60,966 bases of DNA from assembly GCA_948441945.1 (NCBI GenBank), contig CAOJQV010000003.1, forward strand, positions 1-60,966. Direction: 5' to 3'. Of the stretch, positions 19,722 through 29,565 are shown piece by piece. This stretch comes from an uncultured Clostridium sp. (GTDB lineage: Bacteria > Bacillota > Clostridia > TANB77 > CAG-508). Made by a program: the position numbers and the translations under genes. Position 1 is the stretch's first letter; each line of letters begins with the position of its first letter. Under the pieces are notes generated by a model. It was not told where the DNA came from and searched no databases. It saw only the letters and a list, made by a program, of their open reading frames with translations.

Positions 19722-21425
19722 ATGAAAATAAAAGATTTTATAAACAATATTTTTGCCTATAATCCACCACATAATTATGAATTTTTCTTACCAAATACTC
19801 CAACTGAAAATGATACTAATAATGTAACTGCTCAAGAACCACCAACGGAATTAAAAGAAACCAAAAACATATTTGCAAGTTTAAATGTAAATTTGGATTA
19901 TATAAAATCACAATATAATTTGCTAATAAATAGTGATATTATAACACGTGAATTTATTTTAAATGCTAGAGGAAAACAGTATAAAGCTTTATTATTATAT
20001 ATTGATGGTATGGTGGATGCACAAATTTTAAATGACTTTGTTTTAGAACCATTAATGATGCGTAACAAAAACAACCTTTTTGACAATGAGCAAAATAGAA
20101 TTATTTCAGAGGCAGTAAGCAATAATATAACTGTTAGAAAAGTGAAGAAATTTAATTTGTCTGAATATATTGAAACTTGTTTAGTACCTCAAAATAGTAT
20201 AAAACAAAGTAATTCATTTGATGAAATATTTTCAGGTGTAAATTCGGGAAACTGTGCTCTTTTTGTTGATACACTTAGTATAGCATTAGATATTGATGTA
20301 AAAGGTTTTAAGCAAAGAAGTATATCAAAACCTGAAAATGAAATCGTTATAAAAGGTTCACATGAAGCATTTGTAGAAAATATTCGTACAAATACATCTT
20401 TATTAAGGCGTTTTTCAAATAATGAAAATTTAGTTATAGAAAGCTTAGATGTTGGTAAAATAACAAAAACAAAGTGTGCTGTATGTTATATGCAAAACAT
20501 TGCAAATGGCGATTTAGTTGCAGAAGTTAAATATAGAATAAATAATCTAGAAATTGACTCACTTTTATCAAGCGGACAATTAGAACAATTGATAAGTGAT
20601 AATAATTCTTTAGGATTGCCTAAAGCTATATCAACGGAAAGACCTGATAATGCAGTTCAACATCTTCTAGAAGGTAGAGTAGTTGTATTGGTAAATGGTT
20701 CTCCTTATGCTTTAATACTTCCATCTATAATGATTGACTTTTTGACTTCTCCAGAAGATAGAAACTTAAAAAGTATATTTGCCAATTTTCTAAGAGGAAT
20801 TAGAATAATTTCGGCTTTTTTTGCATTATTACTTCCTGGTTTATATGTTTCTGTAACTAACTTTCACATAGAAATACTTCCAACAGAACTGCTTTACTCA
20901 ATTTTGGCTGCAAGAGAGAGTGTTCCTTTTCCAGTTATATTTGAAATATTGATAATGGAAATATCTTTTGAAATTATTAGAGAAGCTAGTCTTAGGGTAC
21001 CTTCTGCTATTGGTTCAACAATTGGTATTGTTGGAGCTCTGGTAATAGGGCAGGCTGCTGTAAGTGCAGGTATTGTTAGTCCAATACTAATTATTATAGT
21101 TGCTATAACAGCTTTAAGTTCATTTGCAATTCCTGATTATTCCTTTAGTTTTCACTTAAGAGTATTTAGATTTTTATTTATTTTACTAGGATATGCTGCA
21201 GGATTTTTAGGTATTGGAACAGGACTTTTTGTTTATATTTCTATTATTTGTGATATGGAATCATTTGGTGTTTCTTATTCTACTCCTTATTCACATATGG
21301 AAAATCTTAAAAGTACAGGTATTATTATTCCACCAATATGGAAGAGAGAATATAGATCATCATATCTTGCTACTAAAAAGAAAAAGAAACAAGAAGATAT
21401 CTCAATGAAGTGGAAATATCAGTAA
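19722..21425 (+). CDS. Spore germination protein, GerA family A subunit
   Basis: 567 aa with the typical GerAA/GerKA pattern (VRKVKKF..., GFKQRSISKPENEIVIKG, C-terminal TM bundle). Confidence 0.9.
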   Translation: MKIKDFINNIFAYNPPHNYEFFLPNTPTENDTNNVTAQEPPTELKETKNIFASLNVNLDYIKSQYNLLINSDIITREFILNARGKQYKALLLYIDGMVDAQILNDFVLEPLMMRNKNNLFDNEQNRIISEAVSNNITVRKVKKFNLSEYIETCLVPQNSIKQSNSFDEIFSGVNSGNCALFVDTLSIALDIDVKGFKQRSISKPENEIVIKGSHEAFVENIRTNTSLLRRFSNNENLVIESLDVGKITKTKCAVCYMQNIANGDLVAEVKYRINNLEIDSLLSSGQLEQLISDNNSLGLPKAISTERPDNAVQHLLEGRVVVLVNGSPYALILPSIMIDFLTSPEDRNLKSIFANFLRGIRIISAFFALLLPGLYVSVTNFHIEILPTELLYSILAARESVPFPVIFEILIMEISFEIIREASLRVPSAIGSTIGIVGALVIGQAAVSAGIVSPILIIIVAITALSSFAIPDYSFSFHLRVFRFLFILLGYAAGFLGIGTGLFVYISIICDMESFGVSYSTPYSHMENLKSTGIIIPPIWKREYRSSYLATKKKKKQEDISMKWKYQ

Positions 21426-21478
21426 TTTAAAATTATTAACTTGTGTAAAAAATTAAAAATTCTATAAGAGGTGAAAAA

Positions 21479-22573
21479 ATGGTAAAATCAAAAGTTGGCA
21501 CAATAAGTGCTATTATGCTTACACTATCAATAGCAGTATCTTATATAACAAGTTCATTACCTCGAACATTTATAAATGAAACAAAATCAGCTACCTTAAT
21601 AAATATAATATATATTACTTTTATTGTGCTACTTATTATTATTATATTTTGCCAGTTATTAAAAAAATTTCCTGGTTTGGACCTTTTGGATATTTCAAAG
21701 TATTTGGGTGGAAACTTCTTAAAAGATATTGTAGGAATATTTTTTATAGCATATTTTACAATAAGTTCTAGTATAATGTTAAGAAATTTTTGTGAAGGGT
21801 TGGTAGTAGTATATTATCCTCTAACTAACTATGTTTTTATAATTTTGATGTTTATATTTGCTATTGGTATGGTAAACAGACTAGGATTTAATGCAACATT
21901 AAATGCTTCTTCAATAGTATTTCCACTAGTGCTTTTAAGTGCAATTCTATTGTTTTGTGGCAATTTAGATAATTTCTCATTTAGAAGAATTTATCCTATT
22001 TTAGGAGATGGCTTTTATAATACATTTGTATTGGGTTTAAAAAACATTGGCGCTTTTGGAGGAATCTGCTATTTATATTTCTTACCTCCTATGCTAAAAG
22101 AACCTGAAAAGTTAAAAAAGATAGCTGTAATATCTGTTATTGCAACAGGTGCTTTTATATTTTTATGTGTAGCTACTTTACTTTTTATGTTTTCTTTTTT
22201 CTTAACAACAGATGAGGTAATGCCTTTATTCTCCGCTGCAAGATATATAGAATTTGGTTCTTTCTTCCAAAGATTTGAATCAGTGTTTTTATTAATATGG
22301 ATTATATCATTTTGTTGTTTTTTAAGCATAACATGTAAATTTTCAACACATATTTTTAGCAAAATGTTTAATTTATCTGACATGAAGCCTATTTCAAATA
22401 TTTTTATAATATTAATTTTTGGACTGGCTCTAGTTCCAAAAAATTATGCTATTGCAAATTTTCTTCAAACTAATGTATATATATATCTTAGAATTGCTGT
22501 TGGTTTTATATTGGGAATGTCTGTTTTAATTTTAGCTAATCTTAAAAAATTGAAAGTAGGTGATAAAAATTAA
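21479..22573 (+). CDS. Spore germination permease, GerAB family B subunit
   Basis: 364-aa, ~10-TM APC-like protein between the A and C subunits. Confidence 0.85.
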   Translation: MVKSKVGTISAIMLTLSIAVSYITSSLPRTFINETKSATLINIIYITFIVLLIIIIFCQLLKKFPGLDLLDISKYLGGNFLKDIVGIFFIAYFTISSSIMLRNFCEGLVVVYYPLTNYVFIILMFIFAIGMVNRLGFNATLNASSIVFPLVLLSAILLFCGNLDNFSFRRIYPILGDGFYNTFVLGLKNIGAFGGICYLYFLPPMLKEPEKLKKIAVISVIATGAFIFLCVATLLFMFSFFLTTDEVMPLFSAARYIEFGSFFQRFESVFLLIWIISFCCFLSITCKFSTHIFSKMFNLSDMKPISNIFIILIFGLALVPKNYAIANFLQTNVYIYLRIAVGFILGMSVLILANLKKLKVGDKN

Positions 22574-23783
22574 TAATATATTTAATAAATTTTTTATATT
22601 AGTTTTAATAATTATATTTATCTCCTTTTTTTCGGCATCATACAATTCTCTTAACTTAGATAATTTGGCCTTTGCAGTAGCTATTGGAATAGACAAATCT
22701 ACATCTAATAAATTAAAAGTAACATTTGAGTTTTTAGCGCCTTCTCCAAGTGGTGATAGTGTTTCAGAGACAAAACCAGTGTTAAATACTGTTGAATGTT
22801 CTTCTTTAACAAATGGTATAAATTTAATGAATGCATATTTAGGAAAAAAAGTTAATTTATCACATTGTAAGCTTATCATTTTTTCAGAAGAATTGGCAAA
22901 AGATGGAATATCTGATGAAGTATATTCGTTAATAAATGAAGTACAAGTGAGACCTTCAGCAAATATTGTTGTTAGTAAATGTAATACTAAGTATTATATA
23001 GAAAATTCTATTCCTAGTTTAGAAAGCCTAATTCCTAGATATTATCAGATATTTCCAAATACTAGCGAATATACTGGTTATACCTGCAATGCTACTATTG
23101 GTGATTTCTTTAATGCATTGGTTTGCAACTCTTGTTCCCCTTATGCAATATTAGGTGGGATTAATGAGTCCAATAGTGATTCATCTCAATCTCAAGTATC
23201 AGATGATTCTTCTATAAAATCAAATGAAAGCCCAATAACGGGTAATAGAGAATCACAGAACATAGGTCTTGCAGTATTTAAAGATGATAAATTAGCTGGA
23301 GAATTAAATGCAATTGAGACAATTTGCTTTTTGAATATGAGGAAAGAAGTTGAAACTTTTTTAGTTTCAATTCCAAATCCAGAAGAAGCAAATTCAAAAA
23401 TTGATATTTATCTAACACCAAATACTACTCATAAAATTGATGTAAGTTTTGTAAATGGTGCACCATATATAAAATTAAAATTAAAATTTTCTGGCAAAAT
23501 ATATTCTATGTCACGAGATTCTCAATATCTAAATTCAGATATTTTAGATACTATATCAAATTATTGTAACAATTATTTAGAAAGTGAATTTTCTAGTTAT
23601 TTGTATAAAACATCTACTATTTTTGAAAGTGATATAAATGGTCTTGGTTTATATGCTCTTTCTAAGTTTAATACTTCTACAGAATTTAATGACTATGATT
23701 GGATAAATAATTATAAAAATTCTACTTTTAGTATTGATATTGAAACTGTAATAGCTTCTGGTTTCCTTCTAACTCAAACTTAA
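22560..23783 (+). CDS. Ger(x)C family germination protein C subunit
   Basis: 407 aa. The LAFAVAIGIDK motif after the signal anchor is typical of GerAC. No lipobox cysteine is visible in the N-terminal region. Confidence 0.8.
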   Translation: MIKINNIFNKFFILVLIIIFISFFSASYNSLNLDNLAFAVAIGIDKSTSNKLKVTFEFLAPSPSGDSVSETKPVLNTVECSSLTNGINLMNAYLGKKVNLSHCKLIIFSEELAKDGISDEVYSLINEVQVRPSANIVVSKCNTKYYIENSIPSLESLIPRYYQIFPNTSEYTGYTCNATIGDFFNALVCNSCSPYAILGGINESNSDSSQSQVSDDSSIKSNESPITGNRESQNIGLAVFKDDKLAGELNAIETICFLNMRKEVETFLVSIPNPEEANSKIDIYLTPNTTHKIDVSFVNGAPYIKLKLKFSGKIYSMSRDSQYLNSDILDTISNYCNNYLESEFSSYLYKTSTIFESDINGLGLYALSKFNTSTEFNDYDWINNYKNSTFSIDIETVIASGFLLTQT

Positions 23784-23797
23784 AAAGAGGTGTGTTT

Positions 23798-23974
23798 ATG
23801 AATTTAATTTATCATATTGTTTTTATTGTTATTACTATTTTTATTTTATTTAGAGTTATTTTCTATGGTATATATGAAATTAATACGCAGAATAATAAAT
23901 TTGGTGGAGTTTCTGTTATTGTTTTTTCTATCTTAGTTGTAATATTTGCCAATATAATGGTGTTTTTAAGATAA
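23798..23974 (+). CDS. Small two-TM membrane protein, hypothetical
   Basis: AAGAGGTG RBS then ATG at 23798. Hydrophobic 58 aa, directly after the ger operon. Confidence 0.4.
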   Translation: MNLIYHIVFIVITIFILFRVIFYGIYEINTQNNKFGGVSVIVFSILVVIFANIMVFLR

Positions 23975-24018
23975 TTGTGACAAAGGGGGCGTCCCTTTTT
24001 GACATAGTGGGTCGAAAA

Positions 24019-24053
24019 TCGAAAAGGTCTCTCAACTTGAGAAACCTTTTCGA
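24019..24053. terminator. Strong hairpin between convergent genes (bidirectional terminator)
   Basis: TCGAAAAGGTCTCTCAA/CTTGAGAAACCTTTTCGA: about a 16-bp stem with one mismatch. Confidence 0.65.
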
Positions 24054-24058
24054 CTTAA

Positions 24059-24274
24059 CTATTCTTTTTCATTGTCTCCCCGCAAATGCACAACACTAAC
24101 TATTATAATTGCAACTCCCGCAATTGCTAAAATTATGGAAGCTATCCAGTTATTTGTTGTAACTGTTTCGTGATTTTGAAAACAGTAAATCGTACTGGGA
24201 ATTCCTATTACGGCAAAAATAATTCCGAAAAACCGAATAGCCAAAATTTCCAAAATGTCATCTTTTTTTCTCAT
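24059..24274 (-). CDS. Small membrane protein, hypothetical
   Basis: 71 aa, two predicted TM helices. Contains two in-frame CGG codons (24080..24082, 24233..24235). Confidence 0.4.
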   Translation of the reverse strand: MRKKDDILEILAIRFFGIIFAVIGIPSTIYCFQNHETVTTNNWIASIILAIAGVAIIIVSVVHLRGDNEKE

Positions 24275-24345
24275 ATTTATACCTCCTTTTGCTCTTTTAT
24301 TTTGTTTTTAATATGAGATTATTACTTGTATATATTTATATTATA

Positions 24346-26466
24346 CTACTTTTTCAATGAAAAATCAATTTGTCTTAACATCTTATTAGCAGAAATCACT
24401 TTAATTTTAACTTTATCTCCAATTTTATAGGTCGTATTAGTTCTTTCACCAATCAACCTCTTTCTTTCTTCATCATAAATAAAATATTCATCACCCAAAT
24501 TTTCAAATCTTATTAAGCCTTCTACAGTATTTTCTAGCTCAACAAAAATTCCAAATTGAGTAACAGAAGAAACAATACCTTCATACTCTTCTCCAATTTT
24601 ATTTTGCATATATTCAGCCTTTTTCAAATCTTCACTATCTCTTTCAACCTTTGTTGCAACTTTTTCCCTTTCAGATGATGAGCTTGCCCTTTGCTCCGCC
24701 TTTTCTCTAAAATCGGCTATCCATTCTTCATCTACTACATAATTATCTTCTAAATATTTTGAAATAACTCTATGAATAAACAAATCTGGATATCTTCTAA
24801 TTGGTGATGTAAAATGGCAATAATATTTACTTGCAATTCCAAAATGTCCTTTGTTTTGAGCTTCGTATCTAGCTAATTTTAAAGTTCTTAATATTAAGGT
24901 TGATATTACTCTTTCTTCTTCTTTTCCTTTAATTTCTTCTAATATTTTTGATACTTCAGTTGGATAAATTTTTTCATTTGCTATTTTTATTTTTAATCCA
25001 AAATCAAATAAAAATTTATTTAAATCTTTTACTTTATCTAAATCTGGGTCTTCATGAACACGATAGATAAAAGGTGCTTCTAACCAATAGAATTTTTCTG
25101 CAATTGCCTCATTTGCACTTAGCATAAATTGTTCTATAATTTCATTGCTAAAACTAGTTTCGTATTTTCCTACACCAATTGCTCTTCCTTCTTTATCTAA
25201 TTCGATTTTGCTTTCTGGTATATCTAAGTTCAAATATCCTTGTTCTAATCTTCTATTTTTTAAAATATTTGCAAGCTCTGCCATCAATTCAAAATCTTTT
25301 ATATACTTCTCATATTTTTTTAATACATTACCATCTGATTTATCTAAAATTTTTTGTACATCATGATAATTCATTCTTTCTGATACATTTATAATTCCTT
25401 TATATACTTCTGTTCCAATCGTTTTTCCTTGTGGGGTAATTTCCATAGAACAAGATAATGTAAACCTATCTTCACCTTGATTTAAACTACATATTCCATT
25501 TGAAAGTTCTCTAGGAAGCATTGGAATTACTCTACTTAGCATATATATACTTGTTCCTCTTATTTGTGCTTCTTTATCTAGCAAACTGCCTTCTCTTACA
25601 TAATAGCTAACATCTGCTATATGAACATCTAATCTATAATTACCATTGTCTAATTTAATAACTCTTACTGCATCATCTAGGTCTTTTGCGTCTTCTCCAT
25701 CAATTGTAAAAATTGTATGTTGCCTACAATCTATTCTATTTTTTATATCTTGGGTGTCAATTTTATTTCCATATCTTTTTGCTTCTTCTACAACAGGCTC
25801 TGGAAAAGTTGATGGTAAATTATATTCTTTTATTAGTGATAGCATATCTACTCCAGCTTGGTTTGGACTACCTAATACTTCTATAATTTTTCCTTCTGCA
25901 TTTTTTCCCTTTTCAGGATATTTTGTTATTTGCACTAATACCTTATGCCCATCTCTTGCCTTTCCAAAATTTGATTTTGATATGAAAATATCAGTTCCTA
26001 ATGCTTTATCATCTGGAACAACAAACCCAAAGTTTTGCCTATTTTGAAAAGTTCCAACTATTGTATTTTTTTCGTGTTTTATTATTTTTTTGATTTTTCC
26101 TTCTGCATTTTTAAATTTGTTTTCTTCTTCTATAATTTCTACTATTACTCTATCTCCATTTAATGCTCTTAGTGAATTTTCTTTTGATATATATATTTCT
26201 CCTTCTCTGCCTTCTACTTTAACAAAACCGAAGCCTTTTTGGTTTTTACGGTATATTCCTTCTATATATTTTTCTTCGATTATTCTGTATCTATTTTTTT
26301 TATTTTTTGCTATTTTATAGTTTTCTTCTAATTTTTTTATTGTTTCTGTAAATTTGCTATATTCTTTTTTTGGTACTCCTAATATGATTGCTATTTCTTT
26401 TGCTTTCATTGGAGTGTAATTTTCGTCTTTCATAAATTCTAATATGATGTCTTCTTTGTTTAACAT
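24346..26466 (-). CDS. rnr: Ribonuclease R
   Basis: 706 aa. RNB domain motifs (DGEDAKDLDDAV, HFGIASKYYCHFTSPIRRYPD). C-terminal S1 domain. Confidence 0.95.
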   Translation of the reverse strand: MLNKEDIILEFMKDENYTPMKAKEIAIILGVPKKEYSKFTETIKKLEENYKIAKNKKNRYRIIEEKYIEGIYRKNQKGFGFVKVEGREGEIYISKENSLRALNGDRVIVEIIEEENKFKNAEGKIKKIIKHEKNTIVGTFQNRQNFGFVVPDDKALGTDIFISKSNFGKARDGHKVLVQITKYPEKGKNAEGKIIEVLGSPNQAGVDMLSLIKEYNLPSTFPEPVVEEAKRYGNKIDTQDIKNRIDCRQHTIFTIDGEDAKDLDDAVRVIKLDNGNYRLDVHIADVSYYVREGSLLDKEAQIRGTSIYMLSRVIPMLPRELSNGICSLNQGEDRFTLSCSMEITPQGKTIGTEVYKGIINVSERMNYHDVQKILDKSDGNVLKKYEKYIKDFELMAELANILKNRRLEQGYLNLDIPESKIELDKEGRAIGVGKYETSFSNEIIEQFMLSANEAIAEKFYWLEAPFIYRVHEDPDLDKVKDLNKFLFDFGLKIKIANEKIYPTEVSKILEEIKGKEEERVISTLILRTLKLARYEAQNKGHFGIASKYYCHFTSPIRRYPDLFIHRVISKYLEDNYVVDEEWIADFREKAEQRASSSSEREKVATKVERDSEDLKKAEYMQNKIGEEYEGIVSSVTQFGIFVELENTVEGLIRFENLGDEYFIYDEERKRLIGERTNTTYKIGDKVKIKVISANKMLRQIDFSLKK

Positions 26467-26571
26467 ATTTTCGTCCTTTCGTTTTTCTTATTATATCACT
26501 TAAAGTTGTATTTAACAATATTATTCTTGAACATAAAAAAAAGTAAATCTTACAATTTACTTTCTTAAAAA

Positions 26572-26820
26572 CTATGCTAAATATAATATTCCTAAAACTA
26601 CTGTTAATATACCAAAGATAATAGACAATGTCACCATTAATCTTTTTTGTCTACCTTCTTTTGTTTTTCCTTTATTCTTCTCATAAAAATTATTTGTTGA
26701 AGACCCTGTTATTGTTGAAGATATTCCAGAATCATCTTTAGCTGTTGTTAAAGCTATTACTATAACAGCTAAAGCTATTATAAAATATATAATTGTTAAT
26801 ATTGTTCTTATTATTTCCAT
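26572..26820 (-). CDS. secG: Preprotein translocase subunit SecG
   Basis: 82 aa, two TM helices with a G/S/T-rich loop. Conserved position upstream of rnr. Confidence 0.8.
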   Translation of the reverse strand: MEIIRTILTIIYFIIALAVIVIALTTAKDDSGISSTITGSSTNNFYEKNKGKTKEGRQKRLMVTLSIIFGILTVVLGILYLA

Positions 26821-26894
26821 TACTATTCCTCCCTAATTCACTTGCCTATTTTACCATATATATTTATAAATTGCAATAGGCTTGTTTTCACTTT

Positions 26895-27587
26895 TTATCT
26901 AAATATAAAAATAATGAGTAAAATAATTACTTTTATTATTATGTTTTGAAAAATTTGATAATTAGTTACTTTTATACCTACATTATTTACTTCATCGTAT
27001 TTTTCAATAATTTTATTTATTTCTTCTTCTGATGAAATATTTTTTTCTTGCATATATTCCTTTGCAAGAAATCTAGCCTTTATCATTGCATCATTTTCAA
27101 GATAAATTCTAACTGCATAATGCACTAACCCTAATACTAAAAATATTGATAAAAATGTCATTTTGTGTGGTAATACTTTAAATATGGCACATATGCTTAT
27201 AACTAAAAAGTATATTAAATATATATTAGAAAAAATGAAATTGAACCATAACATTTTTCTACTTTGTATTGAGTGTAAACATTCATGTGCTATTGTTTGT
27301 ATCCTTGTGTAATTATTTTTTAGATTTGCAATAAATATTTTATTACTCGTTACTAAATATAATGTGCTATTTGAGTTTTTATCTTCTTCTATTTTCACAC
27401 TTTCATTTTTCAGTTTTTTTAGATATTCTTTGCAAATATCGGCGTTTTCTGGATACTTTTCCACTATTTCATTTAATTCTTTATTTTCTGCTAGCTGTTT
27501 TAATTTCTTTAGATTAATATCAAAAATATATCTCGTTATAAAACATATTATTATTAAAAAAACTTCTAAAACTATATATTCAACCAT
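26895..27587 (-). CDS. Membrane protein with HEXXH motif (putative zinc metalloprotease)
   Basis: 230 aa, IAHECLHSIQ motif, several TM helices. Family not identified. Confidence 0.4.
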   Translation of the reverse strand: MVEYIVLEVFLIIICFITRYIFDINLKKLKQLAENKELNEIVEKYPENADICKEYLKKLKNESVKIEEDKNSNSTLYLVTSNKIFIANLKNNYTRIQTIAHECLHSIQSRKMLWFNFIFSNIYLIYFLVISICAIFKVLPHKMTFLSIFLVLGLVHYAVRIYLENDAMIKARFLAKEYMQEKNISSEEEINKIIEKYDEVNNVGIKVTNYQIFQNIIIKVIILLIIFIFR

Positions 27588-27623
27588 AGTACACCTACTT
27601 AAAAACTATTTTATCTTATGTTA

Positions 27624-27959
27624 TTATTGCAATACATCCTTTACTGCATCTCCAATTATTTTATTTACATCTGCTAGAACAATATTAAATTTTGTTTCTG
27701 TTTCAAAAAATCTTTTTGCTTCATCATTTTCTATTAATTCAATATATAATTGTTGCATTCTCTTTGTTTTTTCTTCATCACTTTTACCTGTTTGCATAGC
27801 TATTATTTGTGCTTCATATCTTGCTTGTTCAAATTCTTCGATTTTATTTTTTAATTCAGGTTTTAAACTTAATGTTTCTTTTGCCATTTTGTAATTAACA
27901 TATTCTTCTGATTGTTTTATTTCTTGTGCTAAGCGATTTGCTGTATCATATACATCCAT
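27624..27959 (-). CDS. YlbF/YmcA-family regulatory protein (UPF0342)
   Basis: GGAGG RBS before ATG at 27959 (MDVYDTANRLAQEIKQSEEY...). The ORF-track N-terminal extension MSQKGRLLVGHF... is a translated repeat element. Confidence 0.65.
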   Translation of the reverse strand: MDVYDTANRLAQEIKQSEEYVNYKMAKETLSLKPELKNKIEEFEQARYEAQIIAMQTGKSDEEKTKRMQQLYIELIENDEAKRFFETETKFNIVLADVNKIIGDAVKDVLQ

Positions 27960-27983
27960 TAGATTTCCTCCTTTTTTATAAAA

Positions 27984-28034
27984 ATGTCCCACAAGTAAAC
28001 GTCCCTTTTGGGACATCTGTCCCTATTGGGACAT
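27984..28034 (-). repeat. GGGAC-palindrome repeat (family 1, reverse orientation) plus the adjacent 12-mer TCCCTATTGGGA containing the stop codon of the upstream gene
   Basis: ATGTCCCACAAGTAAACGTCCCTTTTGGGACAT is the reverse complement of the 54851 copy with few changes. The 12-mer at 28020..28031 is identical to 18522..18533. Confidence 0.7.
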
Positions 28035-29078
28035 TCCTTCTATTTGCACATTTGCATTTGTTGGGCAAATACTAATCCATGTATTTCCATCATTTACATT
28101 TATTTCATTTCCTTGTAAGTCTTGATATTTTGTTTGTAAATTCCTTGCTTCTTTTATGCATTTTATTTTTATTGCTTTTCCATTTGTAATATAATATCCA
28201 TTAAATGTTCCTGTATTATTTAGTCCTTGTCTTCCTTTGTTTTCTGAGTCGTTTAATGTATAGTTATTACAGAATGTTATAATTATGTTTTTCGTTGTAA
28301 CTGCGTCTCCTGTATCCCAGTCTGTTTGTGCTTTATTTCTTGCATATCTTTTATATACTTTATTTTCTTCATCATATTCGTATCTAACTTTTTGTAGTGT
28401 TGAAAATGGTATTGTTACTTTTTTTGCTTCTTGCCCTTCTTCTAAGTTTACTTCATCTACAACATAATTTAATACACTTTCTTTTGTTGATGTTGTTTTA
28501 TATCCTTTTGCTTTTGCTACATTTAATAATTCTTCTGTACTTGATACTGCATTGTGTGGAGAACTTTTGTCTCTTACTCTCCAAAATGTTTTTTCGCTTT
28601 CTGTTATTCCATTAATGTTATTTATTCTGAAACTACTTATATCTTTTTGTGCTTGTGGACTCCATCCAAAGTGCGTATATATTGCGTCATTTTCCATTGC
28701 ATAGTCTAGAAAATAATGTCTTGAACTTCTAATTGGTCCTATTTTATCTAGGTTTGCTCCTTTAAATAGTGCCATTAGTCTAGTTTCTCCACCTTCTACT
28801 ATTATTTCATATACTAAATATGTCTGGTTTAGACCTGCTTGTGGCCATGCATCACTATGGTTGTCTATCATTACAGCAATTGGTCTTTCATCACCTTTAA
28901 ATATTTGTACTTGTTTTTCTTTTACTTCTGCTGTTAATATTTCTTCATTTTGATTTTCTGATACTTCTTCTGTCTCTCCTTTTTTGTCTTTTATAATTTT
29001 GTATGCCATAACTCCTCCGGCTACTAATATAAGAATAATTAATAATACTATTAATGTTTTGGTTCCTTTACCTTTCAT
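28023..29078 (-). CDS. DUF3048 (YerB-like) exported protein
   Basis: Signal anchor. RPIAVMIDNHSDAWPQAGLNQTYLVYEIIVEGGETRLMALF is the hallmark DUF3048 N-domain. Confidence 0.8.
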   Translation of the reverse strand: MKGKGTKTLIVLLIILILVAGGVMAYKIIKDKKGETEEVSENQNEEILTAEVKEKQVQIFKGDERPIAVMIDNHSDAWPQAGLNQTYLVYEIIVEGGETRLMALFKGANLDKIGPIRSSRHYFLDYAMENDAIYTHFGWSPQAQKDISSFRINNINGITESEKTFWRVRDKSSPHNAVSSTEELLNVAKAKGYKTTSTKESVLNYVVDEVNLEEGQEAKKVTIPFSTLQKVRYEYDEENKVYKRYARNKAQTDWDTGDAVTTKNIIITFCNNYTLNDSENKGRQGLNNTGTFNGYYITNGKAIKIKCIKEARNLQTKYQDLQGNEINVNDGNTWISICPTNANVQIEGMSQ

Positions 29079-29085
29079 TTTAACC

Positions 29086-29565
29086 TCATCCCTTATTTCT
29101 AATAATTTTCAAATCATCTAAAATTTTTTCTTCTTTGGGTCTCATTTCTTTTTTGTCTTTTTCTTCTATATGGTCATATCCCATTAAGTGATAAAAACCA
29201 TGTACTATCATGTAACTTAGTTCTCTTTCAAAACTATGTCCATATTCTTCAGCTTGTTCTTTTACTCTTTCTATTGAGATTATTATATCTCCTAATACAT
29301 CTTCATGTTCAAAGTTTCTATTTTTTATTTTTTCTTCTAATTCTTGCCTTTCAAACATTGGGAAGGATAATACGTCTGTTGACATATCTATCCTTCTATA
29401 CTTTGAATTTATTTTTCTTATTTCTTCTGGTGTAGTTAATGTAATAGTTATTATAAGATTTGAACTATTTAATCCTTCTTCTTTATAACATTTTTCTATT
29501 ACTTTTTTTATTGTTTCTTCATATTTTTCGTTTTCTTCTATTCCTACATAAGTAATTTCATACAT
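29086..29565 (-). CDS. ybeY: rRNA maturation endoribonuclease YbeY
   Basis: HGFYHLMGYDH metal-binding motif, 159 aa. Confidence 0.92.
   Translation of the reverse strand: MYEITYVGIEENEKYEETIKKVIEKCYKEEGLNSSNLIITITLTTPEEIRKINSKYRRIDMSTDVLSFPMFERQELEEKIKNRNFEHEDVLGDIIISIERVKEQAEEYGHSFERELSYMIVHGFYHLMGYDHIEEKDKKEMRPKEEKILDDLKIIRNKG

Noticed and set aside
27960-28016. N-terminal extension MSQKGRLLVGHFYKKGGNL of the YlbF-like ORF.
   Set aside because: The extension is the translated 33-bp repeat element. A GGAGG RBS precedes the internal ATG at 27959, which gives the family-typical N-terminus.
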